From a virus (taxonomy: Duplodnaviria; Caudoviricetes): 30,102 nucleotides of DNA. The notes beneath the pieces are model-generated. The model searched no databases. It had not been told where the DNA came from and saw only the letters and a list, made by a program, of their open reading frames with translations. Numbering within the stretch: position 1 is the stretch's first letter; each line of letters starts with the position of its first letter. Made by a program: the position numbers and the translations under genes. Positions 24,267 to 30,102 of the stretch are shown piece after piece. The stretch spans positions 1 through 30,102 of IMG/VR virus record IMGVR_UViG_3300035322_000209, one strand, 5' to 3'.

Positions 24267-24897
24267 TGTTTTTGGTTTTTAAGATTATTTCATCCTCCCA
24301 GCTTTTGTTGTTTAAAAAAGTCTGAGGATTTTTTCTGTAGGTTTTCTCTGGAGTTGCTTCCAAGTATCCAGGCAAATAGTCAATGATCTGCTCTTTTGTT
24401 TTCTGTGATAGAGCATTCCATCTTTTTTCTATTTTGTCCTTTGATCCTACCTTTTTGTCATAGAGATCCCAGAAATCTGAAAACGCTGGATAGATTTCAA
24501 TTACAATATCATCTTCATTTACATTTTCATTTTCATTTTCTAAAGGCATTGCCATGGCATTGCCATCGTATAGAGTCTGTTTAGTAGATGATTTGTCTTT
24601 GTTCCAGCGTTTTAGGGCATTCTGTCGCTGTTTAAGAGAATGAGCAGCTCTCTTCTCTCTCTCCTGCTCAACTCTTTCATTGTAGTAAAGACCATTTTCA
24701 TCTATGCGAAACTTTGCCAGCACATCTGCAGTGGGAATGCCATGGCATTGCAATTGCATGACCTTCTTTGTCAAATGCCCTTTTTGGTGCTGTAAACAAA
24801 GCAGAGTGATGAACTGTCCTCTCTCCTCCATTGTAAGGTCAGAGACTCCTGTGAGAAAGTCTGAGCTGTAAAACAGAAAAGCTGGGTCTTTACTCAT
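24202..24897 (-). CDS. Replication initiator (YdaU/DUF1376-like N-terminus)
   Basis: PAFLFYSSDFL, EERGQFITLLC.Q, low-complexity linker, FSDFWDLY.KK and KNPQTFLN..SWEDE. Confidence 0.8.
   Translation of the reverse strand: MSKDPAFLFYSSDFLTGVSDLTMEERGQFITLLCLQHQKGHLTKKVMQLQCHGIPTADVLAKFRIDENGLYYNERVEQEREKRAAHSLKQRQNALKRWNKDKSSTKQTLYDGNAMAMPLENENENVNEDDIVIEIYPAFSDFWDLYDKKVGSKDKIEKRWNALSQKTKEQIIDYLPGYLEATPEKTYRKNPQTFLNNKSWEDEIILKTKNNDSKSNYSSLQRRAFEKIQSS
24513..24760. repeat. Putative replication origin repeats inside the initiator gene
   Basis: GGCATTGCCAT twice (24545-24566), perfect palindrome AATGCCATGGCATT (24736-24749), adjacent AT-rich CATTTT repeats. Confidence 0.55.
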
Positions 24898-25408
24898 CTG
24901 TCAAAATCAGTTTTGATGTTTGTTGATCTATTAGCTTGATGATCTCATCCTTTGTGATAGAGACTGTTTGGTTTCCTTCTAGGATGTCAACTGCAACTGC
25001 ATAGACTCTGGCTCTATCTTTTTCTGAGATCCTTTCTATGAGTTCAATCAAGGCTTTTTTGATCACTTGCGTCTCTTCTTTTGCATCAATCACTAGGAAT
25101 CTCCCTATGAAAAAATCAGCTTTTTCTCTGAAGTCTTTGTCTGTTGAGTAGAGATTGTCATATTTTCTACAAGCGTGTAGGACAGAGGCATGGTCTCTGT
25201 TTATGTATTCGCCAATAAAAGACAAAGAGAGTCTCAAGTGCCAATGGGCAAACTTGCAAAAGATTTTTTGTAGATCTTGTTGATGCCTTTTTCTTGATTT
25301 GATTCTGATGTCAACTCCTGTCTCATCTAGAATTGTGTTGACATAATCACTCAAAATGTAGTTCTGAGTTCCTTTTTTTATTGGGTGTTTTGGTTTATAT
25401 TGATTCAT
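24890..25408 (-). CDS. DnaA C-terminal (domain IV)-like HTH protein
   Basis: SLSFIGEYINRDHASVLHACRK resembles the DnaA signature IG...RDHTTVLHA. Confidence 0.75.
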   Translation of the reverse strand: MNQYKPKHPIKKGTQNYILSDYVNTILDETGVDIRIKSRKRHQQDLQKIFCKFAHWHLRLSLSFIGEYINRDHASVLHACRKYDNLYSTDKDFREKADFFIGRFLVIDAKEETQVIKKALIELIERISEKDRARVYAVAVDILEGNQTVSITKDEIIKLIDQQTSKLILTDE

Positions 25409-25431
25409 AATTTACAATTTTGTAAAGCTCT

Positions 25432-25467
25432 GGGAGGCTGAGATATTGTCCAGATAGCTTGCCTCCC
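25432..25467 (-). other. Intergenic stem-loop with 22-nt loop
   Basis: GGGAGGC-(22 nt)-GCCTCCC immediately after the TAG stop at 25468. Confidence 0.6.
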
Positions 25468-25953
25468 CTATGCCTTTGTTAATACTATAGATGTCTTGTT
25501 GTATTTCTTTTTTGGGAGTGAAAGGACTTCTCCATTGCCATCAACAAATTTGTGACCTTCTAGAGTTACAGTTGCTCCAGATTCTACTCCTTTATGAGCT
25601 GCAATGTATTTGCCCTTTAATTCTTTGACATGTTTTTCCATGGTCACGATCTCTTCACATTCTGAAAAGTCATATCTGACAGATCCTTCTCTCCTGGTAA
25701 TCTTATAATCTCCCCAGATGTAGTGATCAGTCCCTACAAGATCATCTAGTGCCATCTCCTCAAGATCAGAGAGTGTTTGTGCAAAGAGCTTCTGTAGTTG
25801 TTTAATCTGTAGCACTGCAAAAGGAGCAGGGAGATTTCCCTGTGTCACTTGTCTGACTACATCATCCAGGAACATCTTTGCTGTTCTCTTTCTTGTTATC
25901 AGCTCTTTTTCTTTGCTGTTAACCTCTGATGCGAGTTCTATTTTTTCTGTCAT
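25468..25953 (-). CDS. Hypothetical protein (161 aa) in the recombination module
   Basis: In-operon ORF, RYDFSEC and GEVLSLP. Confidence 0.65.
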   Translation of the reverse strand: MTEKIELASEVNSKEKELITRKRTAKMFLDDVVRQVTQGNLPAPFAVLQIKQLQKLFAQTLSDLEEMALDDLVGTDHYIWGDYKITRREGSVRYDFSECEEIVTMEKHVKELKGKYIAAHKGVESGATVTLEGHKFVDGNGEVLSLPKKKYNKTSIVLTKA

Positions 25954-25960
25954 TTGTGTT

Positions 25961-26095
25961 TTAGTTTTGGTGATTTAATTCTGCTTCTTTAAGACAGTAT
26001 CTGCAGAGAGGTGTGTTCTGATGCAGCTCGTATGCTCTAGCACCACAGCTCCTGCAAACCTCATCTCTGTCTATGTAGTATCTCTGATCTATCAT
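25961..26095 (-). CDS. Small zinc-finger protein, 44 aa (CRSC...CRYC)
   Basis: Read by hand; TAATG overlap with the upstream stop; two CxxC motifs. Confidence 0.65.
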   Translation of the reverse strand: MIDQRYYIDRDEVCRSCGARAYELHQNTPLCRYCLKEAELNHQN

Positions 26096-26517
26096 TATTG
26101 CTGTTCATCTTCCTGCCACATGTCATCTTTTGAAAAGACTCCCTCGTTTGCAAATCCTGTCAGATTTAGGATTGCTCTCCCTCTTCCTCTTTTCTCAGCC
26201 ATACAGGCTAGATAAGACACTCTGCAGTTTTGTTTGCTGGCTTCTCCTATTGTTTGATAGATAGGATTCTCTCCCCACTTTGCTTTGACTTTTAAAGCAA
26301 CATGCTCACCAGGAACACACAAAGCTTCTATAGGTTCAAAATCAACTTCCATCTTTTCAATTGCCTGGATCTTGTCAATGCCACTCTTGAGCATGAAAGG
26401 AACTTCTTTGTGTCCATATTTTTGCATGTGAAAGTCTGATCCTACAAGACCATAGGTTTCACTGAGTTCTCTTAGTCTTTCTGATTTCATAGCACAAATT
26501 GTTTTTGCTCTTCCCAA
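26095..26517 (-). CDS. Putative single-strand annealing protein (Rad52/Sak-like)
   Basis: TIGEAS..N...YLACMAEKRGRGRAIL pattern; early-region position. Confidence 0.5.
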   Translation of the reverse strand: MGRAKTICAMKSERLRELSETYGLVGSDFHMQKYGHKEVPFMLKSGIDKIQAIEKMEVDFEPIEALCVPGEHVALKVKAKWGENPIYQTIGEASKQNCRVSYLACMAEKRGRGRAILNLTGFANEGVFSKDDMWQEDEQQ

Positions 26518-26756
26518 AGTGACTCAATGTGACCTTTTAGTTCTGAGACTGTTGTTTTGATGTTTCTAGCAACTGTACTGAAAGACTCAGTGTTCCATCC
26601 TTTCTCTGTGTTTGGAGGAATGACAAGCCTGCCTTTTTCATTAAAGTTGTAAAAAGGACTGACTGTCCAGGATTGATTGTTTGCTTTTAATGTTATGAAA
26701 ATTGTCACTGACTGATCATCTGTGTCAAATGACAAACTGAATTTTGAGTGTAACAT
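26487..26756 (-). CDS. Hypothetical protein (89 aa)
   Basis: In-operon ORF. Confidence 0.55.
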   Translation of the reverse strand: MLHSKFSLSFDTDDQSVTIFITLKANNQSWTVSPFYNFNEKGRLVIPPNTEKGWNTESFSTVARNIKTTVSELKGHIESLWEEQKQFVL

Positions 26757-26758
26757 GT

Positions 26759-27043
26759 TTATTGATTTAAGTATTCATCTGCAGCCTGTTGTGTGACAAG
26801 CCTTCTTTTTCCCCTGTGTACTACCTTGAGCCTTCCTCTTTCAATATCATCCTCTACTGTCTTTCTAGAAAGTCCTGCAATTTCTGTGACCTCTTTTATG
26901 TTCAAAAAGTTTGTAGGTCTCACTGCTGGTGTTTGTACAATGATCTGATTGAGTCTGTTGATTTCAGCAATACATCCATCAAGCTTTGCTTCTAATGCTT
27001 CAAGCTGTATCTGGTTTTCTATTTCCTGTTGCTTATTCATCAC
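26759..27043 (-). CDS. Excisionase-like (MerR-type HTH) protein with N-terminal coiled coil
   Basis: LNIKEVTEIAGLSRKTVEDDIERGRLK...GKRRLV. Confidence 0.75.
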   Translation of the reverse strand: MMNKQQEIENQIQLEALEAKLDGCIAEINRLNQIIVQTPAVRPTNFLNIKEVTEIAGLSRKTVEDDIERGRLKVVHRGKRRLVTQQAADEYLNQ

Positions 27044-27045
27044 AT

Positions 27046-27351
27046 TTATCTGATTAGTTCTGCTACTTGATTTTTCAAAACAGAGTGTTGAGCTGGTGTG
27101 TGCTTCAAGTCAACTCCATTTTCATCTAAAAGAGAAACACACAAAAAAAGATGCTCAGTTGTGCAATGAATTTGATTGTGTTGTTCCATGCTTCCAGAGA
27201 GAACTAGTGTCATCCCATTGCTAAGGAGGATCTTTTGCCATTTGTATTCAACCCTCACTGTGTCTTTGTCTATTAGGGTCTCACTTTTAATCCTCAATTT
27301 GTTAACTTCTTTTAAAGCCTTTAGTGCTTCTTGGTGTTGTTTTCTTGTCAT
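27046..27351 (-). CDS. Hypothetical protein, first gene of the early operon
   Basis: Divergent from the repressor; no HTH recognisable. Confidence 0.6.
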   Translation of the reverse strand: MTRKQHQEALKALKEVNKLRIKSETLIDKDTVRVEYKWQKILLSNGMTLVLSGSMEQHNQIHCTTEHLFLCVSLLDENGVDLKHTPAQHSVLKNQVAELIR

Positions 27352-27390
27352 TTTTTACTATTTTTAAGACAAAGCATGTATCAGATTCGA

Positions 27391-27398
27391 CAAATCTA
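27391..27398 (-). promoter_or_regulatory. Bacteroidota-type -7 box of the early lytic promoter
   Basis: TAGATTTG matches TAnnTTTG, about 40 nt upstream of ATG 27351; the -33 box is unclear. Confidence 0.6.
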
Positions 27399-27506
27399 AG
27401 CACATTCTTTGTTGTTTATAAGTACAATTTTAGTTCATTTATTTGATATAGCCTAATTTTTTACTAATAAATGACAATTTTTATCAATTTATGACAAACA
27501 AATCAC

Positions 27507-28295
27507 ATGGAAGAGAAATCACCACAAGCCAGGAGACTGCAGAAATTTGTTGACCTCACAGGCTATTCAGTCAATGAGTTTGCGAAGCAGTGTAAAATTC
27601 CCAGCACCAGAACTTTAACAAGGATTTTGACAGATGGAGGCAAGCCTAGCTCAAAGATTTTAGACAAAATCATCAATAGATTCCCACAGCTCAATCATGA
27701 TTGGGTTGTCTTAGGATATGGAGAGATGATAGTCAAAGGCTTTGAAAATAAAGAGGTCACAGCAGATAGTCTGCAAAAATCAACACAGGCTAGTTTTGGT
27801 ACTATACAGCAGAGCATGTCTGATCATGACTTTTCACTCAATGAGCTTGCCAAGGCTGTGAGAGATGCAATTACCAGGGTAGATACAATGTCAGCATTTG
27901 TAATGGAGGCAGCAAAAAACTCACTAGAAAAACAAGAGCTGCTTGAAAAGCTTTTTTTTGAGAAAGTTGACAATAAGATTCAAGAAGTTGATCAGCATGT
28001 AGCACAGCTTTTTCATTTGCTGAATGAAAGAGATCAAGAACAAGCAGATAAAGAGGACAGACGAATTGAAAAACTAGACGCTCAAAGAAGAGAACTTAGA
28101 GAAAAAGACATGCAAGTTTTGTTTGAACAATTTGACAGGCTGGCTAAAAGAACAGAACTCACATCAGAAAACATCATCAACAGTTTGAGAGAAAATACTG
28201 CCAAAGCCATTGAAGAGCTGTCAAAGAACTCAAACAAAAACACAAAAGATGCAATGGACTATTTAGGAATACTAACCAAAACAAAAAAACCCTAG
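27507..28295 (+). CDS. XRE-family repressor with long C-terminal coiled coil
   Basis: SVNEFAKQCKI..RTLTRI..GGKPS HTH and LNHDWVVLGYGEM; the only credible plus-strand gene; divergent from the early operon. Confidence 0.8.
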   Translation: MEEKSPQARRLQKFVDLTGYSVNEFAKQCKIPSTRTLTRILTDGGKPSSKILDKIINRFPQLNHDWVVLGYGEMIVKGFENKEVTADSLQKSTQASFGTIQQSMSDHDFSLNELAKAVRDAITRVDTMSAFVMEAAKNSLEKQELLEKLFFEKVDNKIQEVDQHVAQLFHLLNERDQEQADKEDRRIEKLDAQRRELREKDMQVLFEQFDRLAKRTELTSENIINSLRENTAKAIEELSKNSNKNTKDAMDYLGILTKTKKP

Positions 28296-29473
28296 TCCCA
28301 GGCTTTGATGATAGCTTCTGACAGCCTATCCTTATCTACTCTGATATAGTTTTCTAGCGTTTTGAGAGACTTTATTCCTGTGACCTTCATGATCAGTGAG
28401 TGGCTCACTCCTTTTTGTTCTGACAGCGTGATAAATGTCCTCCTGGCTGTGTGACTAGCTATGAGCTTAAACCTAGGAATCTCATCAGTGTCCTTTCTGT
28501 TTCCATAAAATCTGTCTCTGGTGACTACTTCTGTAAATCCTGCAATCCTACAGATTTCATGGATGTGATCATTAAACTTTTGTCCAGATATTGTCTTTAG
28601 TTTCCAATCGTATTTGTCAAGCAAAGCTCTGAGTTTCCTGGTCAGTGGAATGTAGGAAAACTGTCCTGTCTTTTTTGCTCTGATTTCTATGTTGTTTCCC
28701 ACAATGAACTTTCTATCAAAACGCTTGTAGTCTGAAAACCTTTGTCCAGAATAGCAACCGATCAAAAAGAGGTCTCTGTAGTAATCTTTGACAGGATCAA
28801 GCTCCAGGCTCTCCAGGATCCCTAGGTCAGATAGAGAAAGTGAAATGTGTGAAGTTTCCCTTTTTTTGATTTTCACATCTTTAAAAGCTGAGTTGACAGC
28901 ATATCCATTTTTGACACACCAATGCAAAAAAGATTTTAAAAAACCTAGTTTGCGTTGAAGTGTATTGTCAGAGATGTTTTTCTCTTTCCTAAAGTATGCA
29001 ATTAGATCATTGAAAAAAGCACTGTCAAAATCAGACAAATAGAAAACTTTGTTTTTCTTTTTCTGAATCTGCATGATTGCTGTGTGCAGTCTGGTGTATT
29101 TTTGCCAGGAATCCTTCTTGACAGATTCGCTGTCTTTCTTTTGCTGGATGTAAATCTGGAAGTAGTCAGAATAGGTGAGTCTCTTAGTGACTTGAGCAAG
29201 TTGAAAATGCTCATCAAACTTTTTTTTGACTATTTCTTTTGTGAGACTTTCTTTGTAGTACCTTTTAAGATCATCAAAGACTTTCTGGTATTCATTCAGC
29301 TCATGTGTGATTTTTCTATTTGCCTCTCCTATGTCTCCTCTTCTAGCTTTTGGTCTTTGATTTTTTAAGTCCCACTCAGATCTGTCAACTTTGATCTTTG
29401 TAGAATACCTATGTCTGTTTCCAGAGATCCAAAAATGAAAGAGGATAAAACCTTGATGCAAAAAAAAACTCAT
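28292..29473 (-). CDS. int: Tyrosine integrase
   Basis: Arm-binding N-terminus (RYSTKIKV...WD), GQRFSD, KKT, HTARRTF, catalytic Tyr in LENY. Confidence 0.95.
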   Translation of the reverse strand: MSFFLHQGFILFHFWISGNRHRYSTKIKVDRSEWDLKNQRPKARRGDIGEANRKITHELNEYQKVFDDLKRYYKESLTKEIVKKKFDEHFQLAQVTKRLTYSDYFQIYIQQKKDSESVKKDSWQKYTRLHTAIMQIQKKKNKVFYLSDFDSAFFNDLIAYFRKEKNISDNTLQRKLGFLKSFLHWCVKNGYAVNSAFKDVKIKKRETSHISLSLSDLGILESLELDPVKDYYRDLFLIGCYSGQRFSDYKRFDRKFIVGNNIEIRAKKTGQFSYIPLTRKLRALLDKYDWKLKTISGQKFNDHIHEICRIAGFTEVVTRDRFYGNRKDTDEIPRFKLIASHTARRTFITLSEQKGVSHSLIMKVTGIKSLKTLENYIRVDKDRLSEAIIKAWD

Positions 29474-29495
29474 AGAGACACATTTAGAGACAGTC

Positions 29496-29528
29496 CAAAA
29501 CTACAAAATCCTAGTAAATAGTGTCAAA
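29496..29528 (-). promoter_or_regulatory. Integrase promoter, Bacteroidota consensus
   Basis: TTTG-N21-TAGTTTTG, an exact match to the -33/-7 consensus. Confidence 0.8.
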
Positions 29529-29586
29529 CATTACTAGGAAAAGACAAAAATGCTAGTTTTTACTAGTGTTTATCACTATTTACTAG
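29511..29586. repeat. 20-bp imperfect inverted repeat in attP
   Basis: CTAGTAAATAGTGTCAAACA (29511-29530) versus the reverse complement of 29567-29586, CTAGTAAATAGTGATAAACA; 18/20 identical. Confidence 0.8.
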
Positions 29587-29590
29587 CTAC

Positions 29591-29612
29591 GTTCAAGTCC
29601 CTGTCTCTCCGC
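29591..29612 (+). other. att core: 3' end of a tRNA (probably tRNA-Ser)
   Basis: GTTCAAGT-CCCTG-TCTCTCC-G-C reads as T-loop, T-stem 3' arm, acceptor 3' arm and G discriminator; the 5' part of the tRNA is absent. Confidence 0.8.
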
Positions 29613-29624
29613 TTAATCCTTTGT

Positions 29625-29657
29625 AAACCCCTGCTATTAGTGGGGGTTTGTTTTTTT
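29625..29657 (+). terminator. Rho-independent terminator after the tRNA fragment
   Basis: AAACCCCTGCT-ATT-AGTGGGGGTTT followed by GTTTTTTT. Confidence 0.8.
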
Positions 29658-29702
29658 AGAGACACATTTAGAGACACTAGAGCCAAAAGTTAGCCTCTAG
29701 AT

Positions 29703-30102
29703 CTAGAGCTTCATCATGCAGTTGATTGCAGTCTCACCTCCTAGGATCACACCACATCCTATTGCTTGTTTTTTGAAATGTTTAGCATAGGCTGCAGCAT
29801 AGGCAGTAGAATCTAATCCACAGCCAACTTGCATGCCAAAGACTCTGAAGTTTCTACCTACTAGCCACTCAGTATAGGCTTGAGTGTGTATGTGTCCCTG
29901 GACAGTTGACATCATATCATTTTTTGCCTTTGTTCTAGCTGTGCCTCCCTCTCCATGGACATACTGCACCCCATCATAGACAACTCTCTCAACCCAATTC
30001 CAATTTGTTCCTAGGACATCATTGTAGGATCTGATCCAGATCTTAGGAATTGCAGAATCAAAAGCTCTCCTCATTATCATCCTGTCATGGTTACCTATAC
30101 AC
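29703..30102 (-). CDS. Calcineurin-like metallophosphoesterase, 5' end beyond the right edge
   Basis: The frame extends past the listed start as CIGNHDRM; GNHD, HG and GHIH motifs. Confidence 0.85.
   Translation of the reverse strand, partial: CIGNHDRMIMRRAFDSAIPKIWIRSYNDVLGTNWNWVERVVYDGVQYVHGEGGTARTKAKNDMMSTVQGHIHTQAYTEWLVGRNFRVFGMQVGCGLDSTAYAAAYAKHFKKQAIGCGVILGGETAINCMMKL

Larger units (their letters stand above)
29473..29685. mobile_element. attP region with integrase arm-type direct repeats
   Basis: Identical 20-mer TAGAGACACATTTAGAGACA at 29473-29492 and 29657-29676 (plus TAGAGCCA at 29678) flanking a tRNA 3' fragment. Confidence 0.85.

Noticed and set aside
550-29368. Numerous plus-strand ORFs in the track (e.g. 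5977-6537, 8608-9258, 15132-15518)
   Set aside because: Antisense shadows of well-supported minus-strand genes, with Ser/Phe/Leu-biased translations and no motifs. Only 27507-28295 is credible on the plus strand.
29540-29615. Complete tRNA gene
   Set aside because: Only the T-loop and 3' arms are present; the upstream sequence cannot form the 5' T-stem, anticodon or D arms.
1-30102. CRISPR array, rRNA, IS element, lysis cassette, cognate restriction endonuclease
   Set aside because: None seen. Lysis genes probably lie outside the window, and the MTase appears to be an orphan.

Overview
The window holds most of the genome of a temperate, long-tailed (siphovirus-like) phage. The host is very probably Bacteroidota (Flavobacteriia-like), judged from TAnnTTTG/TTTG promoters, A-rich SD-less start contexts and a DUF3127-type SSB. 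Almost every gene is on the minus strand. Reading right to left: a partial metallophosphoesterase; an intact attP (tRNA-Ser 3' fragment, terminator, arm repeats); a tyrosine integrase; a plus-strand XRE repressor with a coiled-coil tail; early, recombination and replication genes; ninG; a C5 cytosine methyltransferase; an ECF-like sigma factor; terminases; and a structural block in an unusual order (tail chaperone, tail, tape measure, protease, scaffold, capsid, tail tube, portal, adaptor, S74 tail fibre). The main observations are: (1) a three-copy CG-containing late promoter, GACCGA-N15-ACGTTT, with one copy inside the sigma gene, in a genome strongly depleted of CG; (2) a second protein overprinted in the +1 frame of the methyltransferase, resembling a split alpha/beta MTase, with a clamp-motif-like N-terminus, in the only clearly CG-rich segment seen; (3) a -1 frameshift tail chaperone far from its usual position; (4) a hairpin loop complementary to the leader of the ninG-MTase-sigma operon. 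Family calls come from motif recognition by eye, not database searches, and all counts are manual.
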